Shown in pieces: positions 9,232 through 17,435 of a DNA stretch of 64,000 nt (positions are counted from its first letter, which is position 1; every line of letters starts with the position of its first letter). A model generated the notes under the pieces. The model worked only from the letters and a program-made list of their open reading frames with translations. It was not told the DNA's origin and made no database searches. The stretch lies in sequence record OM339718.1. One strand, written 5' to 3'. Position numbers and translations under genes: made by a program.

Positions 9232-10425
9232 ATGGAAACTATCCATATTGAAAAACTTGAAGCATTGATTCGTAGCGGTATTTACGATGTAACCGGTTAT
9301 AAAGTAAAAGAACTTGACAACAACAGAACTTTTGCATATTACAACCTAGACGATCTCGATGTTGTAGAACTTGTTATGTATATCGAGGAAGAACTTGATA
9401 TAGATCTTGGCGATCTCGATGTACTTGAAGGATGGGAAGCCCTTACAATTAAAGAATTGATTAAATTGATGGTTGGGACTAATAAAATCGATTTGCAATT
9501 TGATGTACATGATTATTCTGAAAATAAAGTCGAAGAAAGTCATGATGATAAAATTATCCGACTTCATAATCTCGGAATCAGCCAAAACGAAATTTCCCGT
9601 CAAACTGGTATCCCTCGTTCAACAGTAGGTGATGTAGTTCGTCGCTATAAGGGAATTCAGAAGAAGTCGGATAAAACAATCCATTTGAAGGAAATAATCG
9701 AACCGGTTCATACCCCCGTGGTATCTTGGAATGCAAGTTATGACTTTATTAACTGCTTCATTGATGGAACCCCATACGTTGCAGACCGAGCCCACCCACG
9801 GTTTGAAGATGCGTTTCAACTCCTGATCCGCGACAATGATGTGGTCGGTGCGGTAAACCTGATTTCTATCAAAGAAGCAATCAAAACCTATTCTTCTGGT
9901 GATATTCGGATTGAAGGCGACACACTCTACTATCGTGATATTGTTCTTGATACATCGATGACCCGAAGAATCATTGATATGTGGGCGTCCGGGGAAGAGT
10001 TTGAGTATATGGTTACCTTCCTGAAAAACCTGTTACAGAATCCGCGCCGTGCGGCTGTATACGAGCTTTTTGACTTCCTGACTCATAGTGACATCAAAAT
10101 CACCAACGATGGTCATTTCCTAGCGTACAAGCGCGTTACCGAGGATTATAAGGATATCCGCACCCACACGTTTGATAATAGTATTGGTTCTAAGCCACGA
10201 GTCGAGCCATTTGAGGTAGATGACGACCGAAACAATACTTGTGCTGCGGGTCTTCATGCTGCTGCTCGTCACTACATCCCATACTATTCATCTTGTGAGA
10301 ATGACCGGGTTGTGATGGTTAAGATCAACCCAGCCCACGTCGTTGCTATCCCAACTGATTACGACAATGCGAAACTTCGTACTTGGACTTATGAAGTAAT
10401 CTCAGACGTAACTCACGAGTTCTAA
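9232..10425 (+). CDS. rIIB: rIIB protein with N-terminal ACP-like domain and HTH
   Basis: C-terminal rIIB core (FLKNLLQNP, DGHFLAYKRV, CAAGLH, VKINPAHVVAIPTDYDNAKLR); HTH GISQNEISRQTGIPRSTV; N-terminal LDDLDVVELVMYIEEELDI. Confidence 0.9.
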   Translation: METIHIEKLEALIRSGIYDVTGYKVKELDNNRTFAYYNLDDLDVVELVMYIEEELDIDLGDLDVLEGWEALTIKELIKLMVGTNKIDLQFDVHDYSENKVEESHDDKIIRLHNLGISQNEISRQTGIPRSTVGDVVRRYKGIQKKSDKTIHLKEIIEPVHTPVVSWNASYDFINCFIDGTPYVADRAHPRFEDAFQLLIRDNDVVGAVNLISIKEAIKTYSSGDIRIEGDTLYYRDIVLDTSMTRRIIDMWASGEEFEYMVTFLKNLLQNPRRAAVYELFDFLTHSDIKITNDGHFLAYKRVTEDYKDIRTHTFDNSIGSKPRVEPFEVDDDRNNTCAAGLHAAARHYIPYYSSCENDRVVMVKINPAHVVAIPTDYDNAKLRTWTYEVISDVTHEF

Positions 10426-10427
10426 AT

Positions 10428-10447
10428 AAGGGGAGAAATCCCCTTTT
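10428..10447 (+). terminator. Intrinsic terminator
   Basis: AAGGGGA-GAAA-TCCCCTT-TT. Confidence 0.8.
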
Positions 10448-10530
10448 AACATATGAGAAAATCAAAATCAAAACATGAGTACATTGTGATATATAATGTT
10501 TATAACAAAACACATAAGGTACTTTAAATA

Positions 10531-11484
10531 ATGGCTATCAGTAATTACGAAACTGTCATCTCACAGATTGTCGAGATGAAAGAGAACAAGGGTATGGGTT
10601 CGCGAGCAATTGCGAAAGAACTTGGTATTTCTAAATCTTCCGTAAACTATTATTACGAGCGTTTCATGGAAGAGAACAATATTGTGGACGATATCAAAAC
10701 CGGTCCCCGTGTTCTAGTTCTGGATATTGAAACCGCTCCGATTATGGCTCATGTATGGCGCTTGTTTAAGACCAACGTTGGTCTGAATATGATCGAGTCC
10801 GATTGGTATATGCTTAGTTTTGCTGCTAAATGGTTTGACAGTGATGAAATCATTTATATGGACCAGCGAAATGCACCAAATATCGAAGATGATTCAGAAA
10901 TGCTGAAAGTTCTATGGGAGCTTCTTGACGAAGCTGATATCGTTCTTCATCAGAATGGTCGTCGGTTTGATATTCCAAAAATTCGCAGTCGTATGATCGT
11001 TCATGGTATGAAACCGTTCTCTACCGTGAAGCATATTGATACTCTTGAGATCGCAAAACGCACGTTTGGTTTTACTTCCAACAAGCTGGAATATATGACC
11101 GATAAGCTATGCACAGAAACCAAGAAATCTAAACATACTCAATTCCCCGGTTTTGAATTGTGGAAAGAATGCTTGGCTGGTAATATCGAAGCTTGGAAAG
11201 AGATGGAAGAATATAATATTGATGATATCGTATCTCTCCAAGAACTATATGTTAAATTGGCTCCATGGTCGGATCGTCTTCCGAACTTCTCTCTTTATAC
11301 AGATTCAGACAAATTCACTTGCGTATGTGGAAATCATGAGTTTGAAGATGCCGGGTTCGCGTATACCGAAGTTAGTAAGTTCAAACAATATAAATGCACC
11401 CACTGTGGTAAACACTGGCGTGGTCGCAAGAACCAAATCACTAAGATTAAGTCAAAACTTCTGTTGACTAATGCTCGTGAATAA
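10531..11484 (+). CDS. HTH + DnaQ/RNase H-like exonuclease + Zn ribbon
   Basis: GSRAIAKELGISKSSV HTH; VLDIETAP, QNGRRFDIP, YNIDDI; C-terminal CVCG...CTHC. Confidence 0.8.
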   Translation: MAISNYETVISQIVEMKENKGMGSRAIAKELGISKSSVNYYYERFMEENNIVDDIKTGPRVLVLDIETAPIMAHVWRLFKTNVGLNMIESDWYMLSFAAKWFDSDEIIYMDQRNAPNIEDDSEMLKVLWELLDEADIVLHQNGRRFDIPKIRSRMIVHGMKPFSTVKHIDTLEIAKRTFGFTSNKLEYMTDKLCTETKKSKHTQFPGFELWKECLAGNIEAWKEMEEYNIDDIVSLQELYVKLAPWSDRLPNFSLYTDSDKFTCVCGNHEFEDAGFAYTEVSKFKQYKCTHCGKHWRGRKNQITKIKSKLLLTNARE

Positions 11485-11495
11485 TAGTAAACTAT

Positions 11496-11522
11496 AGGGA
11501 ATCCTTCGGGGTTCCCTTTTTC
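11496..11522 (+). terminator. Intrinsic terminator, UUCG loop
   Basis: AGGGAATCC-TTCG-GGGTTCCCT-TTTT. Confidence 0.88.
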
Positions 11523-11538
11523 GTTATGAGGAAATAAA

Positions 11539-11832
11539 ATGGTTGATATGTTTGGTAATGAGCTTGTGGTCGGTGATTATATCGTCCACGGTATGGACAA
11601 CGGTTCTACCCTGTTATTGGGTCGTGTGTTCAAGCTAGGTGAGAAGAAATGTTGGTTCTACTATGTTCATAAGCATGAACAGGGGTACTATGAAATGTGG
11701 TTGAACAACCGTCATAACCGAGACTATGACAGAGTTGTTAAGTATACTGGTGATATCCATCTGATCAATAAAGGGTTGGGTGGTATTCGTGATGAAAATG
11801 GTAAATTGGTTGATCGATTTTTAGAATTTTGA
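11539..11832 (+). CDS. Hypothetical protein
   Basis: GAGG SD; DMFGNELVVGD SH3-like start. Confidence 0.75.
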   Translation: MVDMFGNELVVGDYIVHGMDNGSTLLLGRVFKLGEKKCWFYYVHKHEQGYYEMWLNNRHNRDYDRVVKYTGDIHLINKGLGGIRDENGKLVDRFLEF

Positions 11833-11839
11833 GGTGTAT

Positions 11840-12124
11840 ATGTTTAAATATAAAGTGTGGTTTGCGTCGGAAGAACAAAAAGCTGAAATGATCAGGTATA
11901 TAAATGAAGATGAGTTGGGACCTTGTAAAGTAGTTGTACCATATCTTGAAGAAATTGATGTTGGGGTGAAATATGATTTTGAATCAAATAAAAAACTAGA
12001 AACTTATTCTTATTCTGACGGGACGTTAAAAACCGTATTTAATGGGAAATATAACGATGGTATAAACCTCTTTATACCGGAAGATATTGACGATGGTCGG
12101 GTGTGTTGTGAGGCAATAGAATGA
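11840..12124 (+). CDS. Hypothetical protein
   Basis: GAGGTG SD before ATG 11840. Confidence 0.72.
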   Translation: MFKYKVWFASEEQKAEMIRYINEDELGPCKVVVPYLEEIDVGVKYDFESNKKLETYSYSDGTLKTVFNGKYNDGINLFIPEDIDDGRVCCEAIE

Positions 12125-12414
12125 AAATTTTTCAAGAATACAAAAACGGCAAGCTAATTGAAACCAAAGGCCCATTTTCTGTAATTCGGTGTAGTCGTTA
12201 TTATCTGGTTGCGGTTATTAACGGGGAGAAGATAGAACTAGGTCAGTGCAATGATTATGAAAAAACTTATAAAAAAGGTATTGACCAATGGATCTCTAAG
12301 GTGTACTCTAGGTGTATTGATACAGAAGCGAGTTACCGTTGGCAGGCTGAGAACCTTATCAAGCAAGCTGATGGAGAACGTGAGATTATTGAATTAATAA
12401 AATCACTGAGGTAA
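12121..12414 (+). CDS. Hypothetical protein
   Basis: ATGA overlap with upstream gene. Confidence 0.72.
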   Translation: MKIFQEYKNGKLIETKGPFSVIRCSRYYLVAVINGEKIELGQCNDYEKTYKKGIDQWISKVYSRCIDTEASYRWQAENLIKQADGEREIIELIKSLR

Positions 12415-12419
12415 TAATT

Positions 12420-12677
12420 ATGGATATGGTCGAATATTACGACTCTTTGGGTTGGAAACCTTTTCGTGAGTATATGTGTGATGTCATCTATATGGAATAT
12501 GATGCACAACTGGTGATTCGCACAAAAGATCTTGGAGAACCACCACATTATAAAGATGTCTTCCTTGTTACCTTAAACTGGGAACAGGGACACGGCAACA
12601 ACTGGTATTTTGAAACAGAAGATGGTTTGATTTTCAAGCCAGACGAAGTAAAAGAATTTTTGTTCGATTATAGTTGA
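12420..12677 (+). CDS. Hypothetical protein
   Basis: GAGG SD. Confidence 0.72.
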   Translation: MDMVEYYDSLGWKPFREYMCDVIYMEYDAQLVIRTKDLGEPPHYKDVFLVTLNWEQGHGNNWYFETEDGLIFKPDEVKEFLFDYS

Positions 12678-12701
12678 CTCCCATAGCCGTTAGATTATAA
12701 T
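12674..12701 (+). promoter_or_regulatory. Early sigma70-type promoter
   Basis: TTGACT-N16-TATAAT. Confidence 0.7.
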
Positions 12702-12731
12702 CATGGTTATCAACTGTTCTGAGGTAGTACA

Positions 12732-13298
12732 ATGAAAGTTTCATATGAATGCGATTACACCAGCTTTGAACATTGCAAAGGCGTTGACATTGTTGTTAAA
12801 CATTTCACAAAATTTGCGGTTGTTGCATCTAAAATAATCGACGATTCAAATATGGAACTTCTTGTTACTCAATATGAAGGGAACCAATACGAATTCTCTT
12901 TGTCCTGTGGAAAGAAACTCAGTATGATCCGAGTTGTTAACCTACGTACTGGTCATTATGAGCACGACACATTTTCCCTTGGGGAAGAATTCCAAGGGAG
13001 AGGACTTGTTAAACATATGTTCCGTTGTACTATCGACATATGCGAGGCACTTGGTATAACAAAAGTCGTTACGTCTGCGATTCTTGATGGTCGGATCGTA
13101 TGGTTAAAACGTGGATTTGTTCCTTTCTGTTGCGAAACCTATTTCAATCGACTTGAAAAGATGGGTGTTTGTGTTCCTGTGTGCGAACGGAATGAATATT
13201 GGTTCAATCAAGAAAATCTGAAAAAATACGAAAAAGAGGTTGCAGAAATCTCTTGGCATGGTTATGCTATGGTTGAAACTTTAAAACAATATGTATGA
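12732..13298 (+). CDS. GNAT-family acetyltransferase-like protein
   Basis: Motif A LGEEFQGRGLVKHM and motif B GRIVWLKRGF. Confidence 0.65.
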   Translation: MKVSYECDYTSFEHCKGVDIVVKHFTKFAVVASKIIDDSNMELLVTQYEGNQYEFSLSCGKKLSMIRVVNLRTGHYEHDTFSLGEEFQGRGLVKHMFRCTIDICEALGITKVVTSAILDGRIVWLKRGFVPFCCETYFNRLEKMGVCVPVCERNEYWFNQENLKKYEKEVAEISWHGYAMVETLKQYV

Positions 13299-13309
13299 AG
13301 GAAAATATA

Positions 13310-13480
13310 ATGAAAGTAACTGAAATTGGTGTTAAATTGTGTGGTGTTTATGTGGTATGTCCGCATTGCAATAAGGAACTGGATGGTTGGTATGTAGACC
13401 CACGAGGACAAACTACAACTTGTGACTTCTGTGATAAAGAGTTTGAAATTCACTCTGATGCAGATCTGGAATTACTATGA
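13310..13480 (+). CDS. Small Zn-ribbon protein
   Basis: CPHC...CDFC; AAGGA SD. Confidence 0.7.
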   Translation: MKVTEIGVKLCGVYVVCPHCNKELDGWYVDPRGQTTTCDFCDKEFEIHSDADLELL

Positions 13481-13731
13481 GTCGAGTAAAAATTATTGCA
13501 AAATTGAAGAAGATCGAAGAACTTCGCAGTCAAATAGAAGAAATTCGGTCTAAATGCCAACATAACGCGGTTATCCTGAAACTAGGTTCCAATACCGGAA
13601 ACTGGGATGGATTTGATTTATATTGGTACGATATCGAGTGTGAAGATTGCTTGAAGACTTGGAGAGAAGACCAAGAAGGTAGTAATTACAGTATTTACAA
13701 TGACCCTCGTGTTGTTAAGGTGATCCGATGA
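13477..13731 (+). CDS. Hypothetical protein, possible Zn binding
   Basis: CQH...CEDC; ATGA overlap. Confidence 0.7.
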   Translation: MSRVKIIAKLKKIEELRSQIEEIRSKCQHNAVILKLGSNTGNWDGFDLYWYDIECEDCLKTWREDQEGSNYSIYNDPRVVKVIR

Positions 13732-14021
13732 ACCACCGTCTATCCAAATCTCAAAATAGAAATGTGGTTAGTGCTTTCGTCATGAGTGGTTGTGCGAACA
13801 AACAAACTCTTGCTGATTTCATCATATCTCTTGCTAGATCACAAATGTACATGGATTTCACCCATTACAAATATTTTATTGATGATTCTATCATCTTTGC
13901 AACCGATTCCATGAGCCAATTGGTTACCGGGGTTGGATATGATGAGTTAAAAGAAGAGGTCAGCAAAAAGATTTTTGACCACTCTAGCGTTTTTGGAAAT
14001 AAAACTGTTGACCCAGTATAA
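13728..14021 (+). CDS. Hypothetical protein
   Basis: ATGA overlap. Confidence 0.68.
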   Translation: MNHRLSKSQNRNVVSAFVMSGCANKQTLADFIISLARSQMYMDFTHYKYFIDDSIIFATDSMSQLVTGVGYDELKEEVSKKIFDHSSVFGNKTVDPV

Positions 14022-14036
14022 ATTTTGATGTAATAT
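14008..14036 (+). promoter_or_regulatory. Early promoter
   Basis: TTGACC-N17-TAATAT, followed by a 21 nt leader identical to 59654..59674. Confidence 0.72.
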
Positions 14037-14066
14037 ACTCATATCAACTAACGAGAGGAAATATAG

Positions 14067-14843
14067 ATGTCTTTGATTAAGAGCCAAGCCCGAGTGATTG
14101 TTGAGAAACGGATTGCGGAAGTTGTGGAAATTGCAAAGACACTCTATCCAGAGATGGCTGGTTTTAAGTATACGTTTAAAGAATGTACAGGGCGTTGTGC
14201 AGGTATCGCCAGTTACACCAATAAAGGATGGAGCGATACAGAGTACACTATCAAGATTAACATCAATTTGATGGTGCAAGGGATGAAGGAATGGAATCAT
14301 ATTTTCCACAACACGATCCCTCACGAAATTGCACACCTTGTTGATTATGTTACTCGTGGTAAAAGTAACCATGATCGTGTGTGGGAACGGATTGCAAAAT
14401 CTCTTGGTTGTGATGGTGTATCCCGTCATAGTCTCCCTGTTGCCGGTCGTGGTCGTGTTGTTTACATGGTTCCGGGGTATGGTAAAGTAACTGTTACAAA
14501 TAGCACCCATATGGTCATTCAAGGTAAAAATTACGACAAGCCGTTTACTTGTGGTGGTGGGGCCTTTGAGATTAAGAAGGAACATCTTCTTTCTGGAACT
14601 GTAATGGACTCAATCCCTGACGGATACGGCCATTATCTGGAAGGTGAGACAATCATCGCGAAAAAAGAATCAAAGGTAATGGCTCCATCTGGAATCATGA
14701 TGCGGGCACCTACAAAGAAGGCCATCAAAATCTGGGAAAGTGGTTCTAATCGTTGGGGATCTTTCAATCGTGATTATGGTAAAGGTCGTCTTGAAACAGT
14801 TGAAAATCAGTATAAACTGTGTAAAATGTGGTTTGGAAAATAA
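14067..14843 (+). CDS. SprT-like zinc metalloprotease-domain protein
   Basis: GRCAG, TIPHEIAHL (HExxH), NHDRVW. Confidence 0.8.
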   Translation: MSLIKSQARVIVEKRIAEVVEIAKTLYPEMAGFKYTFKECTGRCAGIASYTNKGWSDTEYTIKININLMVQGMKEWNHIFHNTIPHEIAHLVDYVTRGKSNHDRVWERIAKSLGCDGVSRHSLPVAGRGRVVYMVPGYGKVTVTNSTHMVIQGKNYDKPFTCGGGAFEIKKEHLLSGTVMDSIPDGYGHYLEGETIIAKKESKVMAPSGIMMRAPTKKAIKIWESGSNRWGSFNRDYGKGRLETVENQYKLCKMWFGK

Positions 14844-14855
14844 GAGGAAATCCTG

Positions 14856-15119
14856 ATGAAAAATGTAAGTTGGAACGAAGCAGGGCGTTGTGCGGATCGG
14901 TTGATGTTGGCATGTAAACCTCATCTCCAAGGAAAAATTATTTCTCCGTTGAAAGATATCTACGGAAACAACCTTCCGGGGCTATTGAAAGATGTGGTTT
15001 ACTACAGTTCAGTTTATGGGACACCAGTGTGTTGTGCTATGGATTACGTTGTTGTAATCGACGCATGTAAAATCCTTGATGAGAAAGGTTTTTTGGAATT
15101 GGAGGTTGGAAATGTATGA
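14856..15119 (+). CDS. Hypothetical protein
   Basis: GAGG SD. Confidence 0.72.
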   Translation: MKNVSWNEAGRCADRLMLACKPHLQGKIISPLKDIYGNNLPGLLKDVVYYSSVYGTPVCCAMDYVVVIDACKILDEKGFLELEVGNV

Positions 15120-15447
15120 CGCAAAAGATTTACTGACAGAAATTACCATTCGGAACAAGCATAGTACAGATGAGATTGTTGAGGAAATACTGAATGCTGT
15201 AATTCGGGATATGCTCAATCGTCGTTCTCTGATTGGAACCATTAAATATTCGGTGGTGTGTGATTTTATTTCTGCCAGAATTCCAAAAACAGTTGAATTT
15301 GATAAAAACCTTGTATTGGTTGAAATTATCAATCAAGCGAACCTTCGTGGTTTTGATTGTGAATATGATAACCACAAGGAGTTGTTTAATTTTGGTGTGA
15401 GTGTCGAATCCATCAAAGAATTCACAAAAAACCAAAAGAACAATTGA
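15112..15447 (+). CDS. Hypothetical protein
   Basis: GGAGG SD before ATG 15112. Confidence 0.72.
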   Translation: MYDAKDLLTEITIRNKHSTDEIVEEILNAVIRDMLNRRSLIGTIKYSVVCDFISARIPKTVEFDKNLVLVEIINQANLRGFDCEYDNHKELFNFGVSVESIKEFTKNQKNN

Positions 15448-15477
15448 CTTCAATTTCGGGGTATGAGATTATACCCC
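15444..15477 (+). promoter_or_regulatory. Early promoter with -10 inside a hairpin
   Basis: TTGACT-N17-GATTAT; GGGGTAT/ATACCCC arms flank the -10. Confidence 0.6.
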
Positions 15478-15501
15478 TACAAAACAAAAGAGAGAAATAA
15501 T

Positions 15502-16011
15502 ATGAGCTTTACCACTTCTGATTTTTGCAAAGCCTACGGTTGGAACGAACAAGAAGTTACCATGAAACTCTCTGGTGATTTTCTTCACAAACCTACAGGT
15601 ACGATCCTTGGTAATTTGTTTGATCTCAAAATCGACGTAGAAAACCGACTGAAAAAATTCGAACGTCAGGCCAAAAAAGCACAGCGAGAAGCAGAACTAA
15701 ACGACCTTGTTCCTGCGGCCATCGACATTCTTCAAAACTCTCTCCCGGAGGCGAAGGTATGGAAAAACAAAACCATGCCGAACGTCATCCTCAACGAAAT
15801 CCATTTCTATATTGTCCTTGGTAAGAGTCTGGATTCTGACGTTATCGTTCGCTTCCATCACCCAGACATGACCGGTGAACAGGTAGCACGTTACACCGGA
15901 ATGAAGGTCAAATATGAAACAGGCCGTGAGAATAACTGTATCATCTCAGGTTTGAATATCGAGAAGGCTGCAAGCGTAATCGAGAAAGTAGCCATGATGA
16001 CCGGGGAATAA
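15502..16011 (+). CDS. Hypothetical protein
   Basis: ATG 15502 downstream of promoter; C-ending codon bias suggests high expression. Confidence 0.78.
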   Translation: MSFTTSDFCKAYGWNEQEVTMKLSGDFLHKPTGTILGNLFDLKIDVENRLKKFERQAKKAQREAELNDLVPAAIDILQNSLPEAKVWKNKTMPNVILNEIHFYIVLGKSLDSDVIVRFHHPDMTGEQVARYTGMKVKYETGRENNCIISGLNIEKAASVIEKVAMMTGE

Positions 16012-16013
16012 CA

Positions 16014-16220
16014 GTGATTGATATGCAGTCTGATAAGTTTCATGCTTACGGATACAAACATTGCTTCTACATCAAAAATCTTGAAAAGAATATTCGTTCC
16101 AAATTTATTATCGGAAAGTTAAGTGTTTTTAACAAGGTGAAGGAATGTAGATTAAAGAAAACGTTTGATCATGTGTGTAGTAAGTTGTGGATACTTTATA
16201 AACCTAGATCTCGAACGTAG
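16014..16220 (+). CDS. Hypothetical basic protein
   Basis: GTG-start ORF whose stop lies in the structured element; weak SD. Confidence 0.45.
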   Translation: MIDMQSDKFHAYGYKHCFYIKNLEKNIRSKFIIGKLSVFNKVKECRLKKTFDHVCSKLWILYKPRSRT

Positions 16221-16315
16221 TGAGACGGCGTAGCCGCCTGTTCGCTTCGCTCACATCCTTTCTAATTATAGATCTTCTATATAAATACTTATAGAGACTT
16301 TATACTTTGATTGCA
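16212..16315. repeat. Structured non-coding element, copy A
   Basis: CGAACGTAGTGAG..TTCGCTTCGCTC plus 37 bp core 16261..16297, exactly the reverse complement of 63724..63760. Confidence 0.92.
16280..16287 (+). promoter_or_regulatory. T4-type late promoter box TATAAATA
   Basis: Exact T4 gp55 consensus inside element A. Confidence 0.55.
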
Positions 16316-16439
16316 CTTGAAACTAAAAAGATTTGACTTCTAAATTCATGTGTGGCTAAATAATATTTTGGGCTTTGCTTGTTTTTAGATGAGTGTTAGA
16401 AAGTCCACAATTCACCCCTTCCACTAAAAAGGATCGAAG

Positions 16440-16967
16440 ATGAAAAGTGGTAGTATATTAGTAGGGATCCTCCTACTTCTAACGTCGATATCGGCAAATG
16501 CTGTTATGTATGAAAACCGTGAACTAACGGATAATCAGATTTATACAATTCAGCGAGCTTATGAGCTGGGAGAGTCTTCCGGTTTTGGGCTTACACTGGC
16601 TGCTATTGCTCTCACTGAGAGTCGTGCAGGTAAATTTTTAATCAACAATCGTACTGGTGATTATGGTGTGTTCCAGAACAACCTGAAATATACAGTTAAA
16701 CGAGTTGAACAGCTAACTGGCGCTAAGATGGGTTGGAGACAACAGCGAAAGCTAAGGTCTGAACTTATTAACAGTATGGAGAGTTCTGCAAACTATGCAC
16801 TTATGGAGCTTGAGTACTGGAAGAAAATCCGAAATGGTGACTGGAAAATGGTTGTTAAAAGCTATAATGCTGGATACAGCCCAAACAGTGCTGATGGGAT
16901 TGAATATTACGAACGGATTGCAAAAAACATCAAGTTTTTAAGATCTTGTGGTTGCTATCGTCAGTGA
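16440..16967 (+). CDS. vs.1: Lytic transglycosylase (SLT)-like protein, T4 vs.1-like
   Basis: Signal-like N-terminus; AIALTES (catalytic E), DYGVFQ, SYNAG. Confidence 0.78.
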   Translation: MKSGSILVGILLLLTSISANAVMYENRELTDNQIYTIQRAYELGESSGFGLTLAAIALTESRAGKFLINNRTGDYGVFQNNLKYTVKRVEQLTGAKMGWRQQRKLRSELINSMESSANYALMELEYWKKIRNGDWKMVVKSYNAGYSPNSADGIEYYERIAKNIKFLRSCGCYRQ

Positions 16968-16979
16968 TATGAGTATAAT

Positions 16980-17016
16980 AGGTCTTGTCCTTCGGGATGA
17001 GACCTTTTTCTTTTTT
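16980..17016 (+). terminator. Intrinsic terminator, UUCG loop
   Basis: AGGTCTTGTCC-TTCG-GGATGAGACCT plus T-run. Confidence 0.85.
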
Positions 17017-17031
17017 TGGAGACTAGAAAAC

Positions 17032-17139
17032 ATGAGCGAACTAATTACTATATCCGTACTTACTATTGGTGGTCTTATGTGGTATGGTTCTTGTGTTCTG
17101 GCTGCAAAAATTCTGTCTGGTGATTTTGATAAGGAATAA
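17032..17139 (+). CDS. Small membrane peptide
   Basis: 35 aa with one hydrophobic segment; GGAG upstream. Confidence 0.5.
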   Translation: MSELITISVLTIGGLMWYGSCVLAAKILSGDFDKE

Positions 17140-17142
17140 AAT

Positions 17143-17403
17143 ATGGCTAAATGGTATGATGATAATGGGATCCGTAAAGTTCGGTATGTAGTTATTAACG
17201 AGTATGCCCTTGGGTACATATACGAAGAACAACCTACAGTCGTTGGTATTCTTCGGGGCTCTATCCTTCGTGGTTATCCTTTCCTGTCAGAAGAACCGAT
17301 GTCTACATTTGGTAAAACTATTCGAGATGTCACGCTTGAGGATTTTGAGATTTATCGTGTAATGGTTCCAAAATTTGTTGTTGACCAAATTAATGTAATG
17401 TGA
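17143..17403 (+). CDS. Hypothetical protein
   Basis: AAGGA SD. Confidence 0.72.
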   Translation: MAKWYDDNGIRKVRYVVINEYALGYIYEEQPTVVGILRGSILRGYPFLSEEPMSTFGKTIRDVTLEDFEIYRVMVPKFVVDQINVM

Positions 17404-17435
17404 TTTAATAAAGATAAATCAGAAAGGAGATAATT

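Noticed and set aside
9352-9422. 11 bp repeat GATCTCGATGT twice in the ACP-like segment
   Set aside because: Explained by the repeated DLDV peptide; too short to be meaningful
15502-16011. Possible MotA-like middle transcription activator
   Set aside because: Only vague size and pattern resemblance; no Mot-box promoters noticed
16212-16315. Element A/B as CRISPR repeats or transposon terminal inverted repeats
   Set aside because: Only two copies and no spacer array; no transposase or integrase in the window; the enclosed DNA holds core phage genes
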